Below are positions 53,131 through 64,000 of a stretch of DNA of 64,000 nt, in pieces. Numbering within the stretch: the stretch's first letter is position 1; each line of letters begins with the position of its first letter. The position numbers were made by a program, and so were the translations under genes. Origin of the DNA: an uncultured delta proteobacterium (GTDB lineage: Bacteria; Desulfobacterota; Desulfuromonadia; Geobacterales; Pseudopelobacteraceae); contig CAVYYZ010000013.1 of NCBI GenBank assembly GCA_963772835.1, positions 1 to 64,000 of the forward strand, written 5' to 3'. The notes beneath the pieces were generated by a model. The model ran no database searches, had not been told where the DNA came from, and was given only the letters and a program-made list of their open reading frames with translations.

Positions 53131-54204
53131 CTACAACAAGCCATCAAGATCTTTTATTTCGACACTGGCCTTGCCGCGCAAATCTTTGGCCCATTGGCTG
53201 AAGCGCTCTTCTGATTTTTTACGATAGATAATTTCTTCAATGTCCGCTTTGACGCTCTCAAACGGCTTGACGGTGCCTGCAACCCGTGATTCAAGCTTGA
53301 TGATGTGAAAGCCGATCGGTGTCGTAACCAGATCGCTTATCTCACCAGGCTTCAGAGAAAGGATGGCTTTCTCCAGTTCCGGCTGCATGTCCCCCTTTTT
53401 AAAACTTCCCAGGTCACCGCCATCTTTACGTGCTGCCGGATCTTCCGAGAATTTTTTCGCCAGTTCGGCAAAGTCCTTGCCCCCTTTGGCATCCGCCAGA
53501 ACAGCGAGGGCCGTAGCTTTAGAACGTTTTATCTCGTCCTGAGTTGCCTTCTCACCGGTTTTGAAGAAAATGTGACGCGCCCGGTAGCTTTCCTCTTCTG
53601 TGTATTTAGCCAGATTCGCAGCATAATAGTCGCGCATCTCTGTCTCTCCGACCTGGACCTTGGAGCGCACTTCCATACTCACCAGCCGCAGCTTTTCGAT
53701 CTGCTCCTGGAGTTGGGCGCGATACTGGTCAAACGAAAGCCCCTGGCCGGCAAGAGCTGCAATCAGAGCCTCCTGAGACGGGATATTGTTCTGTTTGCGC
53801 ACGTCCTCAATCGCCTGTCGTATTTCTTCTTCGGATACACGGATATTCAGTTCCTTGATTTTTTGCGCAGTCAGTTTCTTTTCAATCAGGTGATCAAGAG
53901 CCGTACGCCGAATCTGACTCCGGGCCGCATCATTCACGGCCCCTTTCTTTTCTGCTTCACCGATAGCGGGCTGCGCTTCCCGGATCACATCATGCAAAGT
54001 AATGATATCGTCGTTGACAACGGCTACAATTGCGTTCGTAATGTTCTTCGGCTTTTTGGGGCCATCCGGGAGAGGGCCCGATTGATCCGGTTTACTCGTT
54101 GCCGTCGCCGGTTCCTTGGCAACAACAGCATCATTGCCGGCACATCCTCCTGTAAGGAACAGGGCCATACTGATCGTCACAACTGCCAAAGTTCGCTGAT
54201 TCAT
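53131..54204 (-). CDS. SurA-like parvulin peptidyl-prolyl isomerase (lipoprotein)
   Basis: Lipobox-like GGC, IVAVVNDDIIT, ARHIF, GGDLG, GFHIIK. Confidence 0.88.
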   Translation of the reverse strand: MNQRTLAVVTISMALFLTGGCAGNDAVVAKEPATATSKPDQSGPLPDGPKKPKNITNAIVAVVNDDIITLHDVIREAQPAIGEAEKKGAVNDAARSQIRRTALDHLIEKKLTAQKIKELNIRVSEEEIRQAIEDVRKQNNIPSQEALIAALAGQGLSFDQYRAQLQEQIEKLRLVSMEVRSKVQVGETEMRDYYAANLAKYTEEESYRARHIFFKTGEKATQDEIKRSKATALAVLADAKGGKDFAELAKKFSEDPAARKDGGDLGSFKKGDMQPELEKAILSLKPGEISDLVTTPIGFHIIKLESRVAGTVKPFESVKADIEEIIYRKKSEERFSQWAKDLRGKASVEIKDLDGLL

Positions 54205-54309
54205 TGTTGGGCTCTTTTCTTCGTAAGATGTCAAAACCGGAAGGGGGACACACTCCCGCACTTCCGGTTTAATCTGTTAAAAATCTACCAGTTCAAGGCT
54301 GTAATGGTA

Positions 54310-55254
54310 CTATTTTTTTTCGGGTACAGCCGGCTTTTGGGCTTCAGCAGGTTTTTTATCATCTGTTTTTGCTTCTTCCTTAGTACCGCCGATGCTGTTT
54401 AAAACATCTTCTTTGATCGTAATCTTTGCGGTCTTTTTCAGTTCATCCTTTATTTTCTGAAAAACTTCCTGCTGTTTGCTCGGCATGATCGCGCCTTTGA
54501 TCTGCTCCTTTACCTCTTCAAACGGGCGGATTCCAGCCGGTCGTTTACCGGTCAGCTTGATGATGTGGAAGCCGAAATCGCTTTTGACAACATCCGAAAT
54601 CTGACCTTCTTTAAGCGCGAGAGCCGCTTTTTCGAAAGCCGGAACCATGCTGCCTTTACCGAACCACCCCAGATCTCCGCCCTTTGCTGAGGAGGAATCA
54701 ACAGAATTTTTCTTGGCAAGTTCCTCAAAATTTCCACCGGATTTAAGCTGGGCGAGGATGCCCTTGGCTTCTTTTTCAGTTTTAACCAGGATATGACTGG
54801 CCTTGATCTGTTCACCGGATTTGAACTTTTCTTTGTTCTGTTCGTAGAACTTTTTCATATCTTCGTCTGAAACTTTTGATTCAGACTCGACCTTCTTCTT
54901 GAGAAACGATTCAACGATCAGTCGTTTTTTCAGATCCTGCAGTTTTTCCTCGATTTCTGTGCCCTTATCGAGGCCGTCTTTGGCTGCCTGCTGAAGAATC
55001 AGTTCACGTATGACCATTGTGTCCAGCATCTCTTTGCGACCTTGCGGAGTTTCGGCCATCGCTTTCAGGTATTCCGGTAAATTTTTGAGCTCACGGTCGA
55101 AATCGCCTGTTGTGATACTGCCGCTATTTACCTCGGCAAGAACTTTACCTTCTTTCTTGCTCTCAGTGTTAGCCCCGCCGGAAGTGCTGTTCCCCTGACA
55201 TCCGAAAAGTGCCGCCACACAGAGGGTGGCCGTAAACAGTTTTGTAATTGTCAT
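54310..55254 (-). CDS. PrsA/PpiC-type peptidyl-prolyl isomerase (lipoprotein)
   Basis: LFGC lipobox, ASHILV, GGDLGWF, FGFHII. Confidence 0.9.
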   Translation of the reverse strand: MTITKLFTATLCVAALFGCQGNSTSGGANTESKKEGKVLAEVNSGSITTGDFDRELKNLPEYLKAMAETPQGRKEMLDTMVIRELILQQAAKDGLDKGTEIEEKLQDLKKRLIVESFLKKKVESESKVSDEDMKKFYEQNKEKFKSGEQIKASHILVKTEKEAKGILAQLKSGGNFEELAKKNSVDSSSAKGGDLGWFGKGSMVPAFEKAALALKEGQISDVVKSDFGFHIIKLTGKRPAGIRPFEEVKEQIKGAIMPSKQQEVFQKIKDELKKTAKITIKEDVLNSIGGTKEEAKTDDKKPAEAQKPAVPEKK

Positions 55255-55468
55255 GATTTTCACGTAACGCTCCTTTAGTCTATGTTCAAGTATATGTAAA
55301 CCCGTAAAAACTAGCATATCACTCCGGTCGTTGCAACATTATTTCACGTGCTGTTTCCAATGGTTTTTACTTGCCATTAAAGCCCGGTACGTTACAATGG
55401 GGGGTGAATTATCAATCTTCCTGTACACCTCCCGAACGGTTTCAGGTACACAGAGAATCGAATCGACC

Positions 55469-56521
55469 GTGACCCATACATCCCCGTCTGCACTTGCAAA
55501 AATCGGCGAATTCGGCCTGATTTCCCGAATTTCCTCTGGAGTCGTAACTGATGAAAGTGTTGTTACCGGCATTGGTGATGATGCCGCGGTAACTGCGATT
55601 ACAGACTCCATGCAATTGATAACTTCCACCGACATGCTGCTGGAGGAGGTGCATTTCCAGCGTTCCTGGCATGACCCGTACCACCTGGGTCGCAAATCTC
55701 TGGCCGTCAATCTTTCCGACATTGCAGCAATGGGTGGTATCCCCCGCTGGGCGCTGCTCTCTGTGGCTATTCCCCCCGATCTTCCGCTTGATTTCATAGA
55801 AGAATTTATGCGCGGCTTTCTGGCGATAGCCTCAGAAAACAAGGTTTCCCTTGTCGGTGGTGACACCTGCTCTTCGCATTCAGGGTTGACGATCTCAGTA
55901 ACGGTAATGGGTGAACAGTTCCCTGACCGGATCGTGCGCCGCTCCGGTGCGATGCAGGATGACGATATCTGGGTAACCGGAACGCTTGGTGATGCGGCTC
56001 TTGGATTGACGCTGGTGATGAACGGTGATGCTGTCCCGGCAACGTCACCCCCATTGCAGGGAGGAGGACGGCGTGATACCGTGGCCAACTTCCTCATTGC
56101 CCGTCTGCTGGATCCGGAGCCCCGGATTTCAGCTGCTCTGGCTCTTGCTGAAGCCGGATTGGCAACTGCAATGATAGATGTCAGTGATGGAATCCTGGCT
56201 GATTTTGGTCATATTGCCGAGCAATCAGCTGTCGGAGGCCGCATGTATCTTAATGACATCCCGCTTTCAGCACATTTTCTCAGTTCAACGTCACATCTCC
56301 CCGATGTTCCTTACCAGATGGCGCTTTCCGGCGGAGAGGATTATGAGATCTGTTTTACCGCCCATCGGTCGAATCGGGAAAAAATTATCGATTGTATGAA
56401 AAAGTGTGGCAATGCAGTGACACGAATTGGTATAGTGACAAGATTTTCCGGAGTAGAAGTTGTTGACCAGGACGGCAGTGCCTATAATTCCCGCGCTGAT
56501 GGATATAATCATTTTACATAG
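55469..56521 (+). CDS. thiL: Thiamine-monophosphate kinase
   Basis: GEFGLI, GIGDDAA, NLSDIAAMGG, DVSDG, GGEDYE, GYNHF; start approximate. Confidence 0.95.
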   Translation: MTHTSPSALAKIGEFGLISRISSGVVTDESVVTGIGDDAAVTAITDSMQLITSTDMLLEEVHFQRSWHDPYHLGRKSLAVNLSDIAAMGGIPRWALLSVAIPPDLPLDFIEEFMRGFLAIASENKVSLVGGDTCSSHSGLTISVTVMGEQFPDRIVRRSGAMQDDDIWVTGTLGDAALGLTLVMNGDAVPATSPPLQGGGRRDTVANFLIARLLDPEPRISAALALAEAGLATAMIDVSDGILADFGHIAEQSAVGGRMYLNDIPLSAHFLSSTSHLPDVPYQMALSGGEDYEICFTAHRSNREKIIDCMKKCGNAVTRIGIVTRFSGVEVVDQDGSAYNSRADGYNHFT

Positions 56522-56536
56522 TTTTAAATTTCCCGA

Positions 56537-58555
56537 ATGAAAGGAACTTCCATGCACCACACCACGATTCCCGCTGACAAGGCCCGGCGTTGCGCCGATG
56601 CCATCCGTATCATCTCTGCAGAGGCTGTTGACAGGGCCAATTCCGGTCACCCTGGTCTTCCGATGGGGGCGGCTGACTGCGCCGTTGCATTGTGGGGTAA
56701 TTTTCTGGAATGTAATCCGGATGATCCACGCTGGGCCAACCGCGACCGCTTCATTCTTTCAGCCGGTCATGGCTCGATGCTTCTCTATTCGCTGCTGCAT
56801 CTGTTCGGATATGACCTGCCAATGGATGAGATCAAAAACTTCCGTCAGTGGGGGAGCAAAACCCCCGGGCACCCGGAATTCGGTCACACGGTCGGAGTTG
56901 AAGTAACCACCGGGCCGCTTGGGCAGGGTTTTGCCAACGGCGTCGGGATGGGTATCGCCGCCAGAATGGCGGCCGAACGCTTCAACACCGCCGGTTTCGC
57001 GCCGATAAATCATTATATCTACACTCTGCTTGGTGACGGCTGCCTGCAGGAAGGTATCAGCTATGAAGCTGCCGCCCTGGCCGGCCACCTCAAGCTGGGT
57101 AATCTTATCTACATCTATGACAGCAATAGTATAACAATCGAAGGGAAAACCGATCTGGCCTGGTCGGAGGACGTTGAAGGGCGTTTCATCGCCAGTGGCT
57201 GGCATGTCCAGAAGGTAGACGGACACGATAACAATCAGATCGTTTCTGCAATTACCGCTGCCAGAGCCGAAACCGTCAAGCCTTCGATCATCATAGCCAC
57301 TACGCATATCGCGTTCGGGAGCCCGGCAAAACAGGGGTCCTCCGGTGCACATGGCTCTCCACTCGGAGCGGCCGAGATAGCCGCCACCCGGGCCAACCTC
57401 GGCTGGGACGCCGCGCCGTTTGAAGTTCCTCAGGATGTGCGTGAAACCTGTGCAGCACGGGTCACGGAACAAAAACTGAATTATGCCTCCTGGCAGCTCG
57501 GCTTTGAATCGTGGCGGACCGCCAATCCGGAGAAATCGAAACTCTGGGATGTAATGTGGCATAGGCAGCTGCCGGCACATCTGATGGAGGAACTGTTAGC
57601 TGTTGTTGCCGGCAAGGATGGCGCTACCCGCGCACTGTCAGGAACGATCCTGCAGAAAGTGGCAGAACTGGTCCCCTCGCTGGTCGGAGGCTCTGCCGAT
57701 TTGGCACCTTCGAACAACAGCGACATCAAGGGGTCTCCGTCGGTTCAGGCGGGCAGCTTTGCCGGACGCAACCTGCACTTCGGTATTCGTGAACACGCCA
57801 TGGGGGCGATTGTTAACGGTATGGCGCTCTACGGCTGCTTCATTCCCTACGGTGCGACATTTCTGGTTTTTGCCGACTACTGCCGTCCGGCAGTCCGTCT
57901 TTCCGCATTAATGAACCTCCAGGCGATATATATTTTTACGCATGATTCATTCTTTGTCGGTGAAGACGGCCCGACGCATCAGCCGATCGAACATGTTGCG
58001 ACACTGCGCCTGATCCCCGGTCTGCAGGTTCTCCGTCCGGCCGACGGGGTAGAGACTGCGGCGGCCTGGCAAGCTGCCCTGCAGTACCACGGCCCAACTG
58101 CGTTGATTCTGACCCGCCAGAAGCTGCCGGTGATTGCCCGGTCCGCATCGTTTACTCCGGCGGATGCGCTCAAGGGTGGCTACATCGTTTCTTCACCTGA
58201 TGGCGCTGCCGATGTAGTGATCATGGCCAGCGGCTCCGAGGTGCATATCGCGGCGGAAGCAACAGAAATACTGGCTTCTCAGGGCATTAAAGCGCGCGTT
58301 GTCTCAGTCCCCTGTCTGGAAACCTTTGTTGCCCAGTCTGCAGAGTATCGCGGTCAGGTCCTTCCTGCCGGAATTCCGCGGGTGGCTTTTGAAGCGGGCC
58401 GGGGCATGCCGTGGGGGAGCCTGATCGGGTGTGACGGCCTGTTTATCGGTATTGAACATTTCGGGGCATCGGCTCCGGACAAAATTCTGGCGGAACAGTT
58501 TGGATTTACCACGCCGCAGGTGGCGGAAAAAATAAGAGTTTTCTTGAAAAAATAA
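56537..58555 (+). CDS. tkt: Transketolase
   Basis: [30 protein letters not shown]. Confidence 0.98.
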   Translation: MKGTSMHHTTIPADKARRCADAIRIISAEAVDRANSGHPGLPMGAADCAVALWGNFLECNPDDPRWANRDRFILSAGHGSMLLYSLLHLFGYDLPMDEIKNFRQWGSKTPGHPEFGHTVGVEVTTGPLGQGFANGVGMGIAARMAAERFNTAGFAPINHYIYTLLGDGCLQEGISYEAAALAGHLKLGNLIYIYDSNSITIEGKTDLAWSEDVEGRFIASGWHVQKVDGHDNNQIVSAITAARAETVKPSIIIATTHIAFGSPAKQGSSGAHGSPLGAAEIAATRANLGWDAAPFEVPQDVRETCAARVTEQKLNYASWQLGFESWRTANPEKSKLWDVMWHRQLPAHLMEELLAVVAGKDGATRALSGTILQKVAELVPSLVGGSADLAPSNNSDIKGSPSVQAGSFAGRNLHFGIREHAMGAIVNGMALYGCFIPYGATFLVFADYCRPAVRLSALMNLQAIYIFTHDSFFVGEDGPTHQPIEHVATLRLIPGLQVLRPADGVETAAAWQAALQYHGPTALILTRQKLPVIARSASFTPADALKGGYIVSSPDGAADVVIMASGSEVHIAAEATEILASQGIKARVVSVPCLETFVAQSAEYRGQVLPAGIPRVAFEAGRGMPWGSLIGCDGLFIGIEHFGASAPDKILAEQFGFTTPQVAEKIRVFLKK

Positions 58556-58583
58556 ACCGGTAGACTGATTTTTACAGGTAGCC

Positions 58584-59273
58584 ATGGAACTGATCGAACA
58601 GCTTAAAAAACCGCTCCTCTTCTCCGGACTTAATGATGCAGACCTGTCGGAACTGGCGGCCATAACGGTGCGTCGCACCTTCAGGAAGGGAGAAACTCTT
58701 TTCAGCGAAGGTGAGGAAGCCACCGGTTTCTACCTGCTCCTGTCCGGGAGCATTAAGCTCTGTCGAATGTCTCCTGACGGCCGGGAGAAAGTTCTGCACT
58801 TTGTCAAGCCGCGTGAGACGTTTGCTGAAGCAGCTTTTTTCGGTGATGGTAAATATCCTGCCGAAGCCCGCGCCATGGAAGCGGGAGATGTCCTGTATCT
58901 TCCTCGCCAGGGCTTCATGGAGCTGATGAGTCACAATCCCAATTTTGCCCTTAACCTGGTTGTGTCGCTCTCACTCATGCTGCGCCAGTTTGCCCGACAG
59001 ATAGAGGAACTTTCCTTTGCCGATGTTACGTCCCGGCTGGCTTCTTTTCTCGTGCGGCGCGCAGCAGAAAGCTCAACCAGTTTCGGCGGTATTACCTATA
59101 TTGATCTGGGAATAAAAAAAGGTGAACTGGCCTCCCGTCTGGGAACCGCCAGCGAAACGATCTCCCGTACCTTGAGAAAATTGAAAGATGAGGGCATCAT
59201 CGAAGTTCAGGGGAACCGGGTGGTCGTGCATCAGATGGAAAAACTGGAGAAGCTGAGCGAACGACATGAATAA
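58584..59273 (+). CDS. Crp/Fnr-family transcription regulator
   Basis: cNMP-binding fold and C-terminal HTH (LGTASETISR); no Fnr Cys cluster. Confidence 0.9.
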   Translation: MELIEQLKKPLLFSGLNDADLSELAAITVRRTFRKGETLFSEGEEATGFYLLLSGSIKLCRMSPDGREKVLHFVKPRETFAEAAFFGDGKYPAEARAMEAGDVLYLPRQGFMELMSHNPNFALNLVVSLSLMLRQFARQIEELSFADVTSRLASFLVRRAAESSTSFGGITYIDLGIKKGELASRLGTASETISRTLRKLKDEGIIEVQGNRVVVHQMEKLEKLSERHE

Positions 59274-59288
59274 AGCGAGGATTCCTGA

Positions 59289-60302
59289 ATGCTGATTGTT
59301 ATGAACCACACCGCCACCCAGGCGGATGTCGATGCAATTTCCCGAATTGTGCAGGAAATGGGCTTCAGGGCTGAACCGATCCCGGGGAGCGAACGGACCG
59401 CAATAGGTGTTCTCGGTAACCACGGGTATGTGGATGACAGCAAAATACTTGAACTGCCCGGTGTACAGAGGGTTATTCACGTTTCGAAGCCGTATAAACT
59501 GGTATCGCGCGATTTTCATCCGGAAGATACAATTGTTGATGTGGCCGGTGTCAGAGTCGGTCAGGGGTGCCGTCCGGTCGTTGTTGGCGGACCCTGTGCC
59601 GTGGAGAGTCTGGATCAGATCGTCAAAACCGCTCTCTTTGTGAAAAAATGCGGCGGGGATATGCTGCGTGGCGGTGCTTTCAAGCCGCGTACCGGACCGC
59701 ACACGTTTCAGGGGCTTCGCGAAGAAGGACTTAAACTGCTGGCAATAGCCGGAAAAGAGAGCGGTCTGCCGATTGTGACCGAAATCATGAGTCCTGACAA
59801 TGTTGGGTTGGTCGCAGAGTATGCCGATCTGCTCCAGGTCGGTGCTCGAAACATGCAGAACTTTGACCTGCTGCGTGAGCTGGGAAAAATCCGCAAGCCG
59901 GTGTTGTTAAAGCGGGGTATGAGTGCGACGGTTGAAGAGTTTCTGGCTGCCGCCGAATATATTCTGGCGGAAGGGAACGATCAGGTCATTCTCTGTGAAC
60001 GTGGCATCCGCACCTTTGAGACCGCTACCCGCAACACGCTGGACCTTTCGATAGTGCCGCTGATCAAGGAAATGTCACACCTGCCGATTATGGTTGATCC
60101 CTCCCACGCGACCGGCAAACGCTCGCTGGTTTCACCGATGGCCAAGGCTGCATTAGTATCCGGTGCGGACGGTGTCCTGATCGAAGTGCATCCTGAACCG
60201 GAGAAGGCTCTTTCCGACGGGCCCCAGTCCCTGACGTTCCCCGGGTTTGAAAAAATGATGAACGAAATAGGTGAGTTGACTGCGTTTTTGCAGAACCGGT
60301 AA
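59289..60302 (+). CDS. aroF: DAHP synthase, type I-beta
   Basis: [31 protein letters not shown]. Confidence 0.93.
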   Translation: MLIVMNHTATQADVDAISRIVQEMGFRAEPIPGSERTAIGVLGNHGYVDDSKILELPGVQRVIHVSKPYKLVSRDFHPEDTIVDVAGVRVGQGCRPVVVGGPCAVESLDQIVKTALFVKKCGGDMLRGGAFKPRTGPHTFQGLREEGLKLLAIAGKESGLPIVTEIMSPDNVGLVAEYADLLQVGARNMQNFDLLRELGKIRKPVLLKRGMSATVEEFLAAAEYILAEGNDQVILCERGIRTFETATRNTLDLSIVPLIKEMSHLPIMVDPSHATGKRSLVSPMAKAALVSGADGVLIEVHPEPEKALSDGPQSLTFPGFEKMMNEIGELTAFLQNR

Positions 60303-60364
60303 TGATGTATACAAAACTCTTGTATTAATAATTTCATCGGAGTAATAATTGACGAAAGTTTGTT

Positions 60365-60537
60365 CTCTCTACCCTGCCCGTTGGATGATGCGCCCGGGCG
60401 GAATGCTAAATAGAACGGGGGTCGCTCCCTGCTGTGGTGTGCTGCCCTCAATACGCGGGTCTGCCTGAAACAGTACACTGATTCCCACAATTAAGGAACT
60501 CGCCGGAGGCCCTTAAAGCTGACGACAGGGTGGAGAG
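60365..60537 (+). ncRNA. Candidate structured RNA with 6S-like rod and central bubble
   Basis: 5' ctctctaccctg pairs with 3' cagggtggagag; further nested pairings; promoter-like TTGTAT-17-TAATAA upstream and terminator downstream; strand inferred. Confidence 0.5.
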
Positions 60538-60540
60538 ATG

Positions 60541-60580
60541 AAAAGCAGAAAAGGGACGCCGTGAGGCGCCCCTTTTCTGC
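60541..60580. terminator. Intrinsic terminator hairpin
   Basis: gcagaaaaggg-acgcc-gtga-ggcgc-cccttttctgc. Confidence 0.75.
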
Positions 60581-60597
60581 ATTCTGACAGCTGATTG

Positions 60598-61689
60598 CTA
60601 GGATGTATGGAAAGGGTAGTCGGTGTAGCCTGCCGCGCCGGGTGAATAAAACGTCGCCATATCTGCGGTATTCTGCGGGGCATTTAATTTCAGCCGTTCC
60701 ACCAGATCAGGGTTTGCAATGAATGGACGGCCGTACGCAACCAGGTCAGCTGCGCCGCTTTCCAGATCAGCTTCAGCACGCTCTCTGTCGTAGCCCCCCG
60801 ACAGAATAACAGCACCGCCTCCCGCCCCCCGGAAGTTATGAGATATCGCCTTGACGGTGGATTGATCCGGTTTCGGTGCCCCCATTGCAGAATGATCAAC
60901 CAGATGGATATACGCCAACCGGAGCTGCCCCAGTTTTGCGGCGAGGTCGGCATATTGATCTGCAATCCCTTCATAGGTTCCGCTCATGTCGTTGAACACA
61001 CCATATGGGGAAATCCGGATGCCGACCCGTTCAGCACCTATTGCAGCACCTACCGCTTGAGCAACATCGAGGGCAAAGCGGTTTCTGCGCGTCATATTTC
61101 CGCCGTATTCGTCATTCCGGAGGTTTGACCCCGGATCGAGGAACTGAGTGATCAGGTAGCCGTTGGCACCATGAATTTCGACCGCGTCAAAACCGGCTTC
61201 GATAGCGTTGCGTGCCGCCTGAGCATATTCACCGATCGCACTCCGGATGTCATCCGCGGTCATTTCACGAGGCAGGTCGTACGGCTGTTCCCCCTGGCTG
61301 TCGGTCCATATTATCCCGCTCACCGCAAGCGGAGACGGAGCAACCATTTCAGCTCCCGGCGGCAGGTTTAACATGTTCCCCACCCGGCCGGAATGCATCA
61401 GTTGCAGGCATATTTTCCCACCACGGCTATGCACGGCTTTAGTGGTCAATTTCCACCCTTCAGCCTGTTCAGAGGAGTGTATGCCCGGTATGCGCGGGTA
61501 ACCGAGACCGTTTGGCGAGGGCGATGTACCTTCAGTTATGATCAGTCCCGCACCGGCCCGCTGGCCGTAGTACTCCGCCATCAATTCGTTGGGCATATTT
61601 CCCATTGCTCTGTTACGGGTCATTGGAGCCATAACTACGCGGTTTTGTACCTCGATACTGCCGAGATCCAGAGAAGAAAAGAGCTTCAT
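60598..61689 (-). CDS. Old yellow enzyme / NemA-like alkene reductase
   Basis: MAPMTRNRA, EIHGANGYL, GRPFIANPDL, GYTDYP. Confidence 0.93.
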   Translation of the reverse strand: MKLFSSLDLGSIEVQNRVVMAPMTRNRAMGNMPNELMAEYYGQRAGAGLIITEGTSPSPNGLGYPRIPGIHSSEQAEGWKLTTKAVHSRGGKICLQLMHSGRVGNMLNLPPGAEMVAPSPLAVSGIIWTDSQGEQPYDLPREMTADDIRSAIGEYAQAARNAIEAGFDAVEIHGANGYLITQFLDPGSNLRNDEYGGNMTRRNRFALDVAQAVGAAIGAERVGIRISPYGVFNDMSGTYEGIADQYADLAAKLGQLRLAYIHLVDHSAMGAPKPDQSTVKAISHNFRGAGGGAVILSGGYDRERAEADLESGAADLVAYGRPFIANPDLVERLKLNAPQNTADMATFYSPGAAGYTDYPFHTS

Positions 61690-61698
61690 TTACGCCAC

Positions 61699-62313
61699 CT
61701 ATCCTTTTAGTTTGAGTGCTATCCGGGCTACATGGGCACCCTGAAAACGGGCACCGGCAAGCTCGTTATCACTCGGCATCCGTTCTCCCTGGCCGCCGGT
61801 GATGGTTGTAGCTCCATAGGGGCTGCACCCGGTGACGTCCGAAAACCCCATCTGGCCGGCGAATGAGTAGGGGAGGCCAACAACGATCATGCCGTGATGC
61901 AGCAGGGTTGTGTGAAAGCTGAGAATCGTCGACTCCTGGCCGCCATGCTGTGTTGCTGAACTGCAGAATACGCTGCCAGGTTTGCCGATTAGTGCTCCTT
62001 TCATCCAAAGCCCGCCCGATGCATCCAGAAACTGCCGCATCTGCCCGCACATATTTCCGAATCTGGTCGGCGTGCCGAAAATAACCGCATCAGATTCGGC
62101 CAGGTCGTTGACCGTTGCAACCGGTATATGCACCATCCCTTTTTGAGCTTCCAAAGCTCCCATCATACCCAAAACCTCGTCTGGCAGTGTCTCCGGGACA
62201 CGTTTTATCACCGCTTCGCATCCGGGGACATCACGAACTCCATCCGCTACAGCCTCGGCCATTTTCAGTATATGCCCATACATGCTGTACTCAATGATTG
62301 TAATTCTGCACAT
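61699..62313 (-). CDS. wrbA: NAD(P)H:quinone oxidoreductase
   Basis: [29 protein letters not shown]. Confidence 0.95.
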   Translation of the reverse strand: MCRITIIEYSMYGHILKMAEAVADGVRDVPGCEAVIKRVPETLPDEVLGMMGALEAQKGMVHIPVATVNDLAESDAVIFGTPTRFGNMCGQMRQFLDASGGLWMKGALIGKPGSVFCSSATQHGGQESTILSFHTTLLHHGMIVVGLPYSFAGQMGFSDVTGCSPYGATTITGGQGERMPSDNELAGARFQGAHVARIALKLKG

Positions 62314-62502
62314 GATTTCCTCCTCCCTTCTGACATAGATATGATCGATTAGATTTCTCTTTTATCTATATATAACTCTAGCACGGAGGTCCGTCAAGTT
62401 AACAGGATTAAAATAGTCCTTTTTGTGGTGTTTTAACCGGTGGAATGAAACCCGCCTCAATCATGGGTTATCCGGTTTCTGATGAAGACCGGCAGAGATA
62501 AA

Positions 62503-62907
62503 TCAATCTTTGAGAGTAATGGGCGGCTTCGAATATTTTCTGTCTTCCTTTAACACATGTCTAAGCAACCATTCTCCGAGCATTATTATCAGATCTTTTG
62601 AAATCTCGAGGTCGTTATTATGGTAGCTCCTCCGCAATGCCTCGATTGAATTCGTAAATTCGGTGTGTTTTTCCATATGTTCTGAAATCCCGGGGTACAT
62701 CGTATCTCTCATGTACTGCTCTTCTGTTGAGAAGTGGCATTTCGTATACTCTGATAACTGGTCTATTTTCGGAAGGACGGAATCCAGCTCAGGAGAATTC
62801 ATAACATTTTCATATACCGAGTTAAGCACGGTGAACAATTGCTGGTGGTGGTTGTCAAGTTCCGCTTCATTGACCGAATATTCAGGTTTCCAGACGAATA
62901 ATGACAT
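62503..62907 (-). CDS. Bacteriohemerythrin
   Basis: W...YSV..LD.HH, HFSTEE, H...H, WL..HV...D. Confidence 0.92.
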   Translation of the reverse strand: MSLFVWKPEYSVNEAELDNHHQQLFTVLNSVYENVMNSPELDSVLPKIDQLSEYTKCHFSTEEQYMRDTMYPGISEHMEKHTEFTNSIEALRRSYHNNDLEISKDLIIMLGEWLLRHVLKEDRKYSKPPITLKD

Positions 62908-63275
62908 ATGTGAATTCCTTGGCCATAGGTGTAGAATAACAGCATTAAAAGGTCGTTACTTCCGTGTTACATGAAGGGAACAGAATACTTCTCCACGACC
63001 TGGTTGAGTATGCCACATTTTTCTTCCTTTTCAATAATGGTATAAACATATTTTTCCGGCTCCGCTTCCAGTAGTGTGGCGGTCAGCCCGTCTGATGAGG
63101 CGCTGCGTTACATCGAGGATGAAGCGTCTAACTTCTGCCCAAGGGGTATCTGCTTATTTTGCTGGTGAATTACGTACAGGAGGTAAATAGTGACTGATGT
63201 ACAGGAGAAAAAAATACGAGCAGAATCTGTATGGGCATCGGTAAAAAACAGCTGACAGGGATACCGGCAGTGAAC

Positions 63276-63815
63276 TTATTTACTGCAGTCCAACGAAAGC
63301 GAACAACTTTCACTCCTGCCGTTGTTCCTGCAGGTCTCAAGCTCCTGTTTCGCTGCCAGCAGTTCCGACAGCAGGAGCTCCTCATTCAGCACCATTGCGC
63401 GGATGCGGGAGATGGTCATGGTAGTGGTAAGAAACGACAGTAGTCGCATGAACATTTCCCAGTAGATGAAATATGATTCGGAATAGGGATGAAAGGTATA
63501 TTTGTCGGAAAGATACCATACAAGTGCCGAACCAAAAGCGATCTGGAGTCCCAACCGCCGTCCGCAATACCATGAAGAGATTGCAACCGGGATGAAGTAG
63601 AAAATAAAGAAGCCGAACTCGTAACCGGTGATGTAGTCGAGCCCGCCGATCAGGAGAAGAACAGACAGGCTTGCCAGTCTTATCAACGTGCACTGCCCGT
63701 TAAAAGCATCCGGCCGGATGAGCTGGCGGTGGATACTCCGGTAACCGTTTTTGGCGCGCAGCGGTTCGTCACGGTGCAGATTCTCTGGTTTGCATGATTC
63801 ACAGTGTGGCTTCAA
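63276..63815 (-). CDS. Small membrane protein (DUF4118-like); true start probably downstream of the ORF-track start
   Basis: LDYITGYEFGFFIFYFIPV and four TM helices. Confidence 0.6.
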   Translation of the reverse strand: MKPHCESCKPENLHRDEPLRAKNGYRSIHRQLIRPDAFNGQCTLIRLASLSVLLLIGGLDYITGYEFGFFIFYFIPVAISSWYCGRRLGLQIAFGSALVWYLSDKYTFHPYSESYFIYWEMFMRLLSFLTTTMTISRIRAMVLNEELLLSELLAAKQELETCRNNGRSESCSLSLDCSK

Positions 63816-63932
63816 GCGGCCTCCGGTGACGGATCATATCCGGTTTGTGTTCCTGTTTAATTTATTACGGCAGAGGGTATGTGCTCAGGAAAATACACCG
63901 GACGATCGACCGGAGAAAGGAATATTATTCCC

Positions 63933-64000
63933 ATGTTGAATAAACCCGTTTTCCCCCTGAGAGTTTTTTACGACGGATCATGCGTGGTCTGCGCCACAGA
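63933..64000 (+). CDS. DCC-family (DUF393) thiol-disulfide oxidoreductase, N-terminus only
   Basis: MLNKPVFPLRVFYDGSCVVC; runs off the window. Confidence 0.7.
   Translation, partial: MLNKPVFPLRVFYDGSCVVCAT

Noticed and set aside
62440..62495. Hammerhead-like core (GAAAC...CTGATGA); also ctgatgag near 63092
   Set aside because: Stems I and II cannot be formed around the core motifs

Overview
Geobacteraceae/Desulfuromonadales-like chromosomal window (inferred from gene content). The first ~13 kb is an accessory type I-E CRISPR-Cas locus: 3' end of a REP-associated HUH tyrosine transposase (RAYT), a heavily disrupted cas3, cas8e-cas11-cas7-cas5-cas6e, then an insertion (palindrome-rich intergenic region, RhuM-family gene, unannotated 55-aa ORF), cas1, cas2, leader and a 40-repeat/39-spacer array. 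Two features stand out. (1) The cas3-cas6e interference block is bracketed by a nested inverted pair of GTAG-type REP doublets (242-312 and 7775-7849) next to the RAYT. (2) A cluster of ~25-bp palindromes precedes rhuM, and one of them is 21/25 identical to a perfect palindrome inside the rhuM coding sequence. The rest is mostly housekeeping and signalling: hypBFCD plus a globin-coupled sensor, a CheR/CheB/hybrid kinase module, ABC exporter, priA, GGDEF protein, speA-CASDH-nspC, hsp20-lon, lspA-ileS, mreB, gmhA-hldE, two PPIases, thiL, tkt, Crp/Fnr, DAHP synthase, a candidate 6S-like ncRNA, OYE reductase, wrbA and hemerythrin. Single-base indels (including one in lspA) suggest some assembly error, so pseudogene calls are tentative. 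All family assignments come from motif recognition; no searches were run.
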